A DNA stretch of 64,000 nucleotides from Sphyrna mokarran (lineage: Eukaryota), in NCBI GenBank assembly GCA_024679065.1, contig JAGIQG010000004.1:85002001-85066000 (forward strand), given 5' to 3'. This document shows positions 1 to 11,050 of this stretch, piece after piece (within the stretch, counting starts at the first letter, position 1; each line of letters starts with the position of its first letter). Position numbers and translations under genes: made by a program. The notes beneath the pieces are model-generated. The model had not been told where the DNA came from. It saw only the letters and a program-made list of their open reading frames with translations, and did no database searches.

Positions 1-88
1 AGTCGCCTCTGCACTCTCTCCAATGCTTCCACATCCTTCTTATAGTGAGGGGACCAGAACTGCACACAATATTCCAAATGTGCTCTCA
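1..88 (-). mobile_element. CR1 LINE ORF2 C-terminal fragment (cut by window edge)
   Basis: Reverse complement encodes [26 protein letters not shown], the hallmark CR1 ORF2 motif. Confidence 0.9.
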
Positions 89-158
89 CATTTTGGTGCT
101 ATAGGTAGCAGGATTCTTTTCCAGTGGGGAGACACTAGCATCAAAATGCAAAGATTGT

Positions 159-214
159 GGTGGCACGGTGGCACAGCACCAGGGATGTAGATTCAATTCC
201 TGACTTGGGTCACT
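159..214 (+). mobile_element. HE1-like V-SINE, 5' (tRNA-derived) half, split by a CR1 insertion
   Basis: ggtggcacggtggcacag...ttcaattcctgacttgggtcact matches the heads of intact SINE copies at 16173, 40576 and 42592. It continues at 1412. Confidence 0.8.
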
Positions 215-216
215 AT

Positions 217-1413
217 AAAGAATGTAGGGGGAAGGTATATGATAAAGAGTAGACCTATTAAAAGTATAGAAACGCAGAGGGACCTGAGGGTGCAAGTGCA
301 CAAGTCTCTGAAGGTGGCAGAGCAGGTGGAGAAGGTTGTGAAGAAGGCATATGGTATCCTAGCCTTTATAGGGAGGGCTACAGAGTACAAGAGCTGGCCT
401 TTAATGTTGTAGTTGTATGAAACGTTGGTTAGACCTCATTTGGAATACTGTGTCCAGTTCTGGTCGCCTTACTACCGGAAGGATGTGGAGACTCTGGAGA
501 GAGTGCAGAGGAGGTTTAACAGGATGCTGCCTGGTATGGAAGGTCTGAGTTACGAGGAGAGGTTAGGCCTTAGAAAGACATAGACTTAGAGGAGATCTAA
601 TAGAAGTGTACAAGATTATGAGGGGTATAGATAGAATAAACAGGGTTAAGCTTTTTCCTAGGATGGACTCGAACAGCATGAGGGGTCATGGGCTTAGGGT
701 GAGGGTGGTAAGGTATAATTTGGATGCTAGAGGGAGTTTTTTCACACAGAGGGTAGTGGGGGTATGGAACGCGCTGCCAGGTAAAGTGGTGAAGGCAGGC
801 AGTCTGGAGTTATTTAAGAGATACTTAGATAGGCACGTTAACAGAATAGGAATGGAGGGATATAGAAAACTGATTTAAAACAGGGATCATGAGCCTTGGG
901 AGTTCCCTGGGAAGTATGTAAATTGTCGATGGTATTGAAGTATTTGTTTTAACCTACAGGTACTTTGGTCCGCCTTGTTGTCTAACAAGGGGCATATACA
1001 CTATGGGTTGTGAGAGGGCTGCTCTTGGATTTTTCGAGAGTATCCTAGTGCTTCACGTTGTAGTGTACGCTTGACCTGGACCATTTGATGGGCAACACGA
1101 CAGCTCAGTGACTATTGCTGTGCTGTGCAGATACATGGATTTGAGCCTGTGCCTGTGGGAGTTTGCGCATTCTCCCGGGCTTACGTGGGTTTTCTCCGGG
1201 TGCTCCGGCTTCCTCCCACATCCCAAAGATGTGCTCTTAGGCTGATTGGCAGAACAAATTCTCCCTAAATTGTCTCAAATTTAGTTCCAATGCATAGATC
1301 TATAAACATAAACAGGGATCATGGGTAGAAGTGGGAACATCGGGGTGGCGGCGGGGATTCGTTGGGCCAAAGGGCCTGTTTCCCATGCTGTTTTGTTCTT
1401 TGTTCTTTGTTCT
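217..1413 (+). mobile_element. 5'-truncated young CR1 LINE (family 'A') with long 3'UTR and (ttgttct)n tail
   Basis: Encodes KNVGGRYMIK...[22 protein letters not shown]...FFTQRVVGVWNALP...RIGMEGYRKLI*, with the stop at 876-878. The ~535-nt 3'UTR ends gggccaaagggcctgtt...ttgttctttgttctttgttct. Confidence 0.92.
1090..1272 (+). mobile_element. Diverged V-SINE embedded in the CR1-A 3'UTR
   Basis: Degenerate tRNA-like head (gggcaacacgacagctcagtg...ggatttgagcc) followed by the V-domain gagtttgcgcattctccc...gtgggttttctccgggtgctccggcttcctcccacatcccaaagatgtgc. Confidence 0.8.
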
Positions 1414-1630
1414 GTGTGGAGTCTGCATGTTTTCCATGTATTTGTTTCCATGTTTCCTCTGGGTGCTCCGGTTTCCTCTCACAGTCCAAAGATGTGTGGG
1501 TCAAGTTGATTGGTCATGGTAAGTTGCCACTTAGTGTCAGGGGGACAGGCGGATTATGATCAGTGCGGACTTATTGTGCTAAACGGCCTCCTTCTTCATA
1601 GTAGGGATTCTGTGATTCTATGATTTTATG
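1412..1630 (+). mobile_element. HE1-like V-SINE, 3' part with CR1-type tail
   Basis: ctgtgtggagtctgcatgtt...gggtgctccggtttcctctcacagtccaaagatgtg...gtagggattctgtgattctatg. This is the direct continuation of 159-214. Confidence 0.85.
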
Positions 1631-1639
1631 TCAGGAACC

Positions 1640-2652
1640 GACCAGAGAGCAGGCTGTTCTGGATTTGGTATTGTGTAGTGAGCAGGCGTTAATTAATGAC
1701 CTCATAGTTAAGGATCATCTAAGGAAGAATGATTATAGTATTCAAAAGTAAATTCAAAGTTCAGTTTGAGGGTGAGAAACTGGAGTCCCACACTTGCATT
1801 CTGGAGTTAAATAAAGTAATTACATAGGCATGAGGACAGGCTTGACCCTAGTGGACTGGTCAGGAAGGCTAAAAGATAAGACAGTTAATGAGCAGTGGCA
1901 GATCTTGAAGGAGATTTTCAATTCCTCCCAATATATTCTACTAAGAAGAAAGATTGTAAGAAGGGAAAAAAAATCTATCTCTATGCAAGGAAGTTGAAGA
2001 CACAATAAAGATAAAAAACCAAGGCATAGCATAATGCAAAAGCCAGTGGCAGACTCGAAGATTAGGAAACTTTTCAAAATCAACAACAGGTTACTAAAAA
2101 AGAAATAAAAAGAGCAAAGGTAAATCAGGAAAGAAAACTAGTGCAAATATAAAAAAGGAAAGCATAAGCTTTTACCAGTATATAAAGAGGGTATCCAAAG
2201 TGACTGTTGGTCCTTTGGAGGATGAGACTGGGGAGTTAATAGTGGGGAACACAGAAATGGTGGAGACACAAAATCAGTAATTTGTCTAATTTTCATGGTA
2301 GAGGACATGATACTATCCCAATAGTAACAGCTAACGAGGAGGTAATAAAAAGAAGGAACCCAGAACAATCATCATCAGTAGGGAAATAATACTCAATAAG
2401 CTATTGAGATTGAAGGCAGACAAATCCCCGGGGTCTGATGTCCTACATCCTTGAATATTAAATGAAGTGGCAATGGAGGTCCTGGATTCATTGGTTATAA
2501 TATTCCAAAATTTTCTGGATGTGGGAAAGATTCCAGTGGATTGGAAAAATGCTGATATAATTCCCTTATTCAGAAAGGGAGGGAGCCATAAAGTAAGAAA
2601 CTATCGACCACTTTGTTTAACTTCTGTTATTTGGAAGTTGTTAGAATGAATC
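1640..2652 (+). mobile_element. Old CR1 LINE, 5' part (end of endonuclease to start of RT), decayed
   Basis: TREQAVLDLVLC; KSPGSD; IFQNFLDVGKIPVDWKNADIIPLFRKG...NYRPLCLTSVIWKLLE. Many stops and frameshifts. Confidence 0.9.
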
Positions 2653-2749
2653 AAAGAACAAAACAGCACGGGAAACAGGTCCTTCAGCCCAATGAGCCTG
2701 CGCCGCCACCCCGATGTTCCCACCTCTACCCGTGATCCCTGTCTATGTT
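2653..2749 (-). mobile_element. CR1-A 3' end fragment
   Basis: Reverse complement aligns with ~1305-1403 (acagggatcacgggtagaggtgggaacatcggg...gctgttttgttctttg). Confidence 0.88.
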
Positions 2750-2753
2750 AAAA

Positions 2754-3411
2754 AACATAGAACATAGAACATTACAGCGCAGTACAGGCCCTTCGGCCCT
2801 CGATGTTGCGCCGACCAATGGAACCAATTTTATGACCCTCTAACCTAAACTATTCCAATGCTATCCATATGCCTATCCATTGACCATTTGAATGCCCTTA
2901 AACTTGACGGGTCCACAACTGCTATAGGCAGGGCATTCCACGTCCTTACTACCCTCTGAGTAAAGAAGCCACTTCTAACATCCATCCTATAACTACCACC
3001 CCTTAATTTAAAGTTATGTCCCCTCGTGTTATCCATCTCCACCCGAGGAAAAAGGCTCTCACTGTCCACCTATATAACCCTCCACATCCTTCCGGTAGTA
3101 AGGCGACCACAACTGGACGCAGTATTCCAACTGAGGTCTAACCAACGTTTTATACAACTGCAACATTAAAGGCCAGCTCTTGTACTCTATACCCCTTCCT
3201 ATAAAGGCTAACATACTACATGCTTTCTTCACAACCTTCTCCACTTGCTCTGCCACCTCCAGAGACTTGTTCACCTGCACCCCCCGGTCCCTCTGCGTTT
3301 CTATACTCTTAATAGGTCTACCCTTTATCATATACCTCCCCCCTACATTCTTTCTCCTGAAATGCATCACCTCACATTTATCAGGATTAAATTCCATCTG
3401 CCATTTGTCTC
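2754..3411 (-). mobile_element. Young CR1 fragment with (ttctatg)n tail and an internal junction at ~3080
   Basis: ORFs 3059-3397 (MEFNPDKCEVMHF...RPQLEYCVQLWSPYYRKDVE) and 2845-3069 (LFPRVEMDNTRGH...FFTQRVVRTWNALP). The usual ERVQRRF...DLIEVYK segment is missing. Confidence 0.92.
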
Positions 3412-4712
3412 GTTAAGGTAGTAACTATAGCATATTTGGAAAGACAAAAATCAATCCATCAGATAGTTTTATGAAAGTTAAATCATGTTTGACTTATTTG
3501 CTAGAGTCTTTCAAGGATGTATTAAGCCAAGTGAATAATGAGGATCCAGAAGTATATCTGGACTTCAAGAAGATGTTTGATATAGTGCTGTACAGTAGGT
3601 TAATATACAAGACAAGATCAGATATGGGGTTGGGGTAATTTATTAGCTTGGATAGAAGACTGGCTAACTGACAGAAGGCAGAGAGCCAGGATAAATGTGT
3701 TTGTCTGGTTTGCATGATGTCACCACCAGGGTGCTCAAAGGCCCCCAACTAGTTACAATCTATATTAATGACTTGAATATAGGGATAGTAGGTATTATCG
3801 CCAAATTTGCAGATGAAGCTAAAATAGGTGGAATAGCAAGTTGCAATAAGGAATTTAGAAATTTGCAATGGATTTAGATAGGTTAGAAGAAAGGGCCAAC
3901 ATGTGGCAGATTGAGTTTAACATGAGTAAATATGAGGTTGTCCATTTTTGTCGGAAAAATGAAAAGGCAAGTTATTTACTAAATGGAGAGAGACTTTAGG
4001 ATATTTCAGTGCAGAAGGATCTGGATGTCCTTGTCCATGAGTTGCAGAAAACTGATTTGCAGGTGCTGCAGATTATAAGGGAAACAATTGGAATTTTAGC
4101 ATTAGTAGCTGAAGGAACAGAGTATAAAAGGAAGAAAGTATTGCTGCAACTATACAAAGCATTGGTGAAAGCTATATACAGTTTTTGTTCCCTTATTTAA
4201 GGTAAGGTGTAATGGCTTTAGAGTTGATTCAGAGGAAGTTCACTAGATTGATTCCAGAGATGAGGGGTTTAACTTACAAAGAGTCATTGAGCAGTTTAGG
4301 CCTGTGCATCTTGGAATTTAGAAGAATGAGGGGAGATCAAATTGAGGTATGTAAGATGCTAAAAGGTATTGACAAAGTAGACATAGAGTGGATGCTTCCT
4401 CTTGTAGGCAACCTAAAATGAGAGGTCATAGTCTTAGGATAAGAGCGGATTTAAAACAGAAATGAGGACAAATTACTTCCCCCAAAGCGTTGTGAAACTA
4501 TGTAATTCACTATCCCAGAATGCAGTGGATGTCAGGAGTAAATTCAAAAAGGAGGAAAAAAAACAGATTTTTTTATTAATCATGGGTTGAAGGGTTAAGG
4601 AGAACGAGCTGGAAAATGGAATTGAGGCCGAGAAGAGATCAGCCATGATCATATTGGATGGCAGAGTAGGCTTGAAGGCTGAATCGCCCACTCCTGCTTC
4701 TAATTCTTCAAT
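3412..4712 (+). mobile_element. Old CR1 LINE, 3' part (RT, C-terminus, 3'UTR), continuation of 1640-2652
   Basis: YLDFKKMFD; IYINDL...IAKFADEAKIGG; QKDLDVLVH; LELIQRKFTRLIPEMRGL; 3' end ggcttgaaggctgaatcgcccactcctgcttctaattctt. Confidence 0.9.
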
Positions 4713-4777
4713 TCATATATTTAATGAACTGATTGCTATGCATTTGCTTCTGAGCCTGGAATAGATCATTTAGCTGA

Positions 4778-4846
4778 CTGTTTAAACAAACAAATTGGTT
4801 GGACTTAAACCTGGTGTTGTCAGACTTCTGGCTCTGTTTAAACAAA
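4778..4846 (+). mobile_element. 43-bp Penelope-like terminal fragment flanked by a 13-bp direct repeat
   Basis: ctgtttaaacaaa at 4778-4790 and 4834-4846. The insert aaattggttggacttaaacctggtgttgt is homologous to 27029-27057. The family name is from recall. Confidence 0.65.
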
Positions 4847-6119
4847 GCCATGTATTACAGCATCAGATGATGTGTATTGCAGAAGGAATGGGGCGGGGAA
4901 GGGTGGTGTTGGGGGGATGGGAAAGATAGAACATTTGGTGGATCATTAAAGAGCCTTTTAACTAGGGCTGAAATTTCTGATCTTGGAACACACATGACTA
5001 GAAAATGCCACCTAAGATTTCCAAGCCTTACTTTGAGAGTAGGTAGATTATTTGCATGGCCAGTTGGGACAAACAGGAGAAGTCATTCCAATGAGATGTA
5101 AAAAGACAGCCATTCACCTCATTGCCTTGCTCATTTGGCAGCTCAGTGGGATACCAGAAGGAATCATCCTTCAGGATTTTTGCCCATCTCCTTTCTGAAT
5201 ATTTCATTATATAGGCTTTTCAGGTACTTCGGGGCCAGGGGATAGCTGTTTGCCTTCATTTGGATATACTACGGTCCAGTGTCTGTATATTTGGCTTTAA
5301 TGATTCTAATAAATAACTTACATTTATATATCTTTTGTACATCCTCAAGATATGTTGGAGCACTTCATGATCATGTATTACCTAAATAAACAGAGCTAAT
5401 TGTGCAGAGCACCAACCATCCCGTCAATATAAAGTAACAGTTAACAGAAGGCAGAATTCCTCAATACCATTTTATTGCTGTAAACAGGCAGAGCAGGTGT
5501 CACTTCATTTAAATAAATCTAATGAGTGTCCATATCAAAGTAGATGCACCTTTGCTGTCTGCTAAAAGGGCAGAGAGGTGAAATATGCAGCACCGAGTAA
5601 ACACAGGGGCAGCGTGGAGGAGGCAGTAGTGGACCTACAGTTAGTGGAGCCCTGTGCTCAGCTTTATTGCTGCGGAGCCTCTCCCCTCCCCAGACCTGAA
5701 GGCTGAAGTGAAAATTATTCATAAATTGATCAGAGCTTCTTCACTTGTAAAGACATTCTTGTTTGAATAATTATCTTGCTGAAATCCAAGCATTCCTCTT
5801 GTTTAAATGATGGTAAAGGTGGTAAATATTATGACATGAGGTGAGAGACATAGAACTTGTCTTCTCTGTATGCAAATAACGAGCACAATTCAGTCTGTGC
5901 CTTTTCTTTGGTTTGTTTCCTAAATTGATACCCTCAAACCCACTCACTCAATATGATCCCCTCCAATCTCCTCACAGTGATTCCTCCATTTGCTCTCGTC
6001 AAATCTTTTTGAGCCTGCTTTCTCAATAATCCAAATTTATGTTAAGTAATGCACTTCCCTCATTCAATTACTTAATGAGAACCCTTTAGACCCAAACAAT
6101 CAGCTACTCTTAGACTTGT

Positions 6120-6253
6120 GATGGAATTCCCCAGTCTTACATGTTCTGCTATTGTGCCAGCGAGAATGGAGAATTTGCCACTCAGCCAAACCTCTGTTCA
6201 TTCCAGCAGGATGGAATAATTCCAGCTGTGAGGAAGGTCAGGGAATTCTGGCC
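6120..6253. mobile_element. Short Harbinger-type MITE
   Basis: Imperfect inverted ends ggaattcccc...gggaattctggcc, resembling other MITE ends in the window (e.g. gaaaattctggcc at ~46970). Confidence 0.5.
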
Positions 6254-8269
6254 AAGAAAGACACATTCAGCAAAGCGATCTCCTAATCCATCTCTAGTGT
6301 CCCTGTTGTTGAAAAAAACACATTATGAGCAGCAAGCACAGCATGCAGGGTAGGGAGAAGTACCCATCAATCCCTCTCTCACCCAGAAGATCCTTGCGGC
6401 TCTGGAAGATGGAATGGTAGAAGGAGAATGGACATGGGTTTTATCACCTGCAATCAAATGGTAAGGAACGAGTGATGGAGGCAGTGGAGCAGTGGACAAA
6501 GGGGACGCAATGGGAATGGTCATTTTGGAATGCTGAAAGGAAATGGAGGAAAAAATGATTTGATGATGGAATGGCAGTAAAGGTAACAGAAATGGCAGAG
6601 AATTATGTGCAAGAACAAAGATCCCACTGGAAGGATGGGCTGGGAGGATCTGTCCCCAGTTTCTCAGTGAAATGCTGCAAATTTGCTCTGGTTCTTTAAG
6701 ATTAGCATTAACGATGTCAGTCAAACCAGATTCATGCGCTCACACTTATCGATTAGTTGCTGAGAATGAGCAGAACTAAATTCATGTAAGAACCTGATTC
6801 CCAAACAGAGGGCAGATATAGATTCTCATTTTTTTAGTCTGTTTCCTGTACATTCCACATAGTTACAGACATTTACCTGCTGCTTCCATCCTTCTTTGTC
6901 AAGCCCCTGGTTTTGGAAAGGAGGACCAATACCATGGTGACTGTTAGTCACCTTTCCCAGAGATGCAGATTCTAAATTCTAGGATAAAGTCTCGGCTTTG
7001 AGGGCAACTTATGCTTGATTCTCCACTGCGATGCAAAACTTTTTTGGCGGGTTGGGTTGCGAGATGCGCTTGTCAGCCATTTCGTGGGTTCCCTGCGAGC
7101 ATCTACGATCCGTGCGCATCTCCCAGCTTCAAAAATACGGTGCTGCCGGGACCGTACTGAAAACAGGCTTGCCGCTAATTTGTTTTACTTTCCATACCTT
7201 AGCATGCCATTATCGGGATCAACATGGCAGTCACCACCCATGTTAGCGTCTCCCACCTCTTTGGCATGATGTCACTTTGACGCAAATTAGACTAGGTGTA
7301 CAAAGGTCTGAACCTGATATGGCAGCCTTGAACTGGTGTGAAGAGGTAAATACTGCTAACACAGCATGGGGGAATAATGCAGGCAGGTCCTGGATATGCC
7401 TGGTGGGCTTCCTCCTGCTGCCTTGTGGTGCTGACCTATGGACCAGTGATACTTGGGGTGGGGAGCTAGGGATGGCTTCTATTTTCTTAGAACTCCTTGG
7501 GTGAGGATCCGTAAAGGAGTCCTGGTCAGCCTTCAATTTGAGGGCTGAAGTTCAGTGTGGAAGGCACCCTCAAGAAGCTCTGTTCTACCTTCCCTCCAAG
7601 GCACTTTGTAGTGGCATTATCTTTATTGCAGGGTATGGTCAGGAATTCAACTAAGAGCTGGTGTTCTGGGGTGGGGGAGGAGTGCACTATGTGCTGACTG
7701 AGGCCTAACCAGATGAAGCAGCTGCTGTTTTAGGCTGGGGTGCAGAGATTCAGGCATGGACTGCATGGAATCTGCTGTCACTGGACACATATCTGGTGTG
7801 GATTTGCAGTCTGTCCCTGCCCTGTGACACAGACCAATGACACATGCCTGTAATGGATGCTGCAGTTGCACACATGGCAATGGCTCAAGGATGTGCAGTG
7901 CTCACAGCTGCGCACCGACCTGGAGAATCTATGCCAACATTTGTCACGATGGGAACCTCACACAACCCTAATCAGGTCATGCATAGCACCATGGATTGTG
8001 TGGGATGATGCAGACAATGATAATAATCCATCATTCTCTGCTCTTTCCAAGCCCTACTGTGCAGATGGATTTCAGTTTGCTCAATCTGGAACTGGCCATG
8101 GTGGTGGCAGCAGGGGCGGAGGATGAGGTGACTCAGGAAGTGGTGAGCATGGAGAGATCATCGCAAGAGCGGTGACCACCAGACCCTCAGGAAGGAGGAT
8201 GGGGGCTGCTGCTGAGGGCCAGGAGGTGGGCGACCAGGCTCCTGAGAGAGTGCACACAAGGTGGAGGGT

Positions 8270-9300
8270 GCTGAGGTCAAGGAGGTACAGGCACAACAAT
8301 TCATTTGAGACCCTCTCGCGGCGATGTGCTGTCACCGGCTGTGGCTCACTAGATCACGTTGTGACACCTTTGTGAGGTGCTTGCACACCTGGCATCTCAG
8401 AGGAGGATGGCCACCCGTTCCCTACGGACATGAAGATTACGGCTGCCCTGAATTTTATGCCCTCATTTTCAGGCAATCAGTAGCGACCTAGTTGGGATCT
8501 CCCAAGCCTCCATGTACAGATGTGTGTGGTAGGTCACAGGTGCCCTGTATGCCCGGGGAGGGCAGTACATAAATTTCGATGTGGGCTGTGCACAGCAAGA
8601 AGCCCGGGGTCTCGGCTTCGCTTCCATTTCTGGGATTCCCAAACTCCAGAGAGCAGTGGACGAGACACACATTGCCTTGCGGGCCCCACATGAAGAACGG
8701 AGTGATTTGTAAATAGGAAGGTGTTCCACTCCCAGAACATTCAAATTGTCTGTGACCATGAAATGAGGATCATGCAAGTCGATGCCGGCCATCCAGGGAG
8801 TGTCCATGACAGCTTTGTGCTCAGGCAGTCAGATATCCTCTTTGAAGATCAGTCCAGGCTCGCGGGATGGCTACTGGATGGCAAAGGATACCTGCTAAGG
8901 TCATAGCTGATGATGCCTGTGAGGAGGCCCAAGACTGAGGCACAGACCCGCTACAACAAGGCCCATGCAGTCACTTGACCATCACAGTGATTGGCCTGCT
9001 GAAGATGCAGTTCTGCTATTTGGACTACTCTTGGGGGTAAGGCGGGGGGAACGGGGGGACGGAGGGACGGGGGGTGGGGGGGGGGGGGTGGGGTGTGGGG
9101 GGGGGGGGTTCTCCAGTATGACCCTGTGTGTGCTTCACACATCATCATAGTTTTGTGCGTTCTGCACAACACTGTCCAACAGCAGGGAGACCAGCTGGAG
9201 CAGGAAGAGGAGGAGGAGTGGCAAGGGGGCAAGGTGGGCTTCCCAGTATATAAAGGGCTGGAGGAAAGAGGGCGGGCAGTGATGGCAGATGTCTGGCAGT
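8270..9300 (+). pseudogene. PIF/Harbinger (HARBI1-like, DDE_Tnp_4) transposase pseudogene
   Basis: Motifs across frames: KITAALNF; DLVGISQ; AVDETHIAL; FHSQNIQIVCD; HPGSVHDSFVLRQS; GWLLDGKGY; LMMPVRRPKTEAQTRYNKAH; IGLLKMQFCYLD; LQYDP...IIIVLCVLHN. Interrupted by stops and frameshifts. Confidence 0.92.
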
Positions 9301-9649
9301 GAGGGGCTGTGAGGAACACATAGAATGCAGCCTCCTTCACCTTGCTGGTGCTGTGCAGTGAGGGGCCTGCAACCACCACACATCCACCACACCCCAGGAG
9401 CAAGTGTAGCTGCTATTCCCCCCTCCAAACTGAGTTGGGCCCTCAAACAACCACATCAGTCTTCCCCAACCTCTGTCATCCCACCACCCTAGAAACATCC
9501 AATCCTGTTGATGTGTCTGGGCTGGCAATGGTTGCAAGTCTTGCTGGAGGATGATGACGACTCGCTGTTGTGCGCACTAAGTTCCTGGTATAACTCAAAT
9601 GTGACTCCTACCTTTACTCCGAGTGCACACTGTGATATACGAATGGGGG

Positions 9650-10100
9650 ATTTAGGGGCCAGCAATGAGGCTAGCGATGTTTATTTGAAGGGGTGGGCAG
9701 GGACGTCTGTATATGGAGCGGAGGCAACAATGTCTGTGGGAGGTTATGGGAACCAGCCATGAGGCCCTTGATGTCTGTATTGGGAGAAGGACAGCAATAT
9801 CTGTATGGGAGGGGCAGCAATGTCTGTATAGAGAGGGCAGGCAGTGATGTTCTTGTGGATGGTGGGGTGCGGGTTGTAATGGTCAGCAATGAGGCCAACA
9901 TTGTCTGAATGGGGTGTGGGGCAGCGATGCCTATGTGGGAAGGGCAATGATGTTTGTATGGGAGGGGCAGCGATGTCTGTATGGGAATGGGGACAGCGAT
10001 GCCAATATTGGGGGGGGGGAAGGAAGGCAGCGATGTCTATGGGGGATTGTAGGGGCCAATGATCAGGCCAGTGATGTGTGTTGGGGTTGGATGGCAGTGA
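9650..10100 (+). repeat. Degenerate ~22-bp minisatellite (ggggcagcgatgtctgtatggga) inside the Harbinger element
   Basis: More than 10 imperfect copies, e.g. at ~9810, 9920, 9965 and 10025. Confidence 0.8.
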
Positions 10101-10644
10101 TCTAGATGGTGAGAGGTCTTTTTAGTAATCTCCCAGTGATGTGTGCATATGCGGGTTTCTGCTCATTCTGCCAATTTCAGACTCTTTGGTGTAAATAGGC
10201 ACTGACCCCAAAATGTTTAATGAAATTCACGATTCAGACCTCTGTACTGCACAGAGTGGGAAGATTTGGGTTTGAAGCTGCACTGAGAAAACAGTCATGA
10301 TGTAGACCAGTTTTCTTGTCAATTCAGCACTTTTGGAAAAATTGGCCTTGTGTTCTTGTTCAGAAATGAAACTATGCTTCACGTTTTTGCCCAAGCACAT
10401 TAGTATGATTAAAAATTATCTCCAATGAACAAGTTCAGTTGGTAGCATAATAGCAAATCATCTTTTTTTATTTAGAAGTGGTAGCCTGGTGGAGTTTTAT
10501 TAAAACAGCAAAAAAATAGTCTTTCATGAAAAGAAAATCTTTTTAACAAGAGTATCCACTCTTTCGCACAAATAATCTGATTTTTAATTACTGAAAATTA
10601 CTTTAAAAACATACTTTATTATTTATTTATTTGATTAGTGCATT

Positions 10645-11050
10645 CACAGAATTATAGAATTGTTACAGTGTGACAGGAGACCATTTGGCCTGTTGTGCCT
10701 GCACTAGCTCTTTAAAAAAACATCTTGGTGGGATTTTCCAGATGTACTCGCCCCAGGAGCAGAAAATCTTGCCTGAGGTTAAGGGACCTCTGCATGATCC
10801 TTGTCCCACCTGCTCCTATTCCTGTGGCAGGTAGGACGGTAAAATTCCGGTCCATGACTTTGTGTCATTCCCCTGCCTTTTCCATGTGCCCCTGTACATT
10901 GTTTTAGACAGTCAGCTGATGTCCACTTGAATGTCTCGATTGAGCCTGCCTCCACCATACTTCCACGCAGTGCATTCCAGACCTGAACCGCTTGCTGTGT
11001 GAAGAAATTCCTTTTTCTCACATCGCGCTTGCTTCTTTTGCAAATCAATT
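10645..11050 (-). mobile_element. CR1 3' end, interrupted by a ~125-bp MITE (about 10727-10853)
   Basis: ORF 10779-11048 has RNFFTQQAVQVWNALRGSMVEAGSI. The tail complement is cacagaattatagaattgttacag. The MITE ends are gggattttcc / ggtaaaattccgg. Confidence 0.8.

Larger units (their letters stand above)
7011..10347 (+). mobile_element. Decayed PIF/Harbinger DNA transposon
   Basis: Contains a transposase pseudogene. Its right subterminal region (10140-10347, ending ggaaaaattggcc) resembles 46740-46979. The left boundary is approximate. Confidence 0.75.

Noticed and set aside
8270-9300. Possible domesticated HARBI1 host gene
   Set aside because: Multiple stops, frameshifts and a G-tract insertion; it sits within transposon-like ends.
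9650-10100. CRISPR-like repeat array
   Set aside because: Units are degenerate, with no unique fixed-length spacers and no cas genes, in a vertebrate context.
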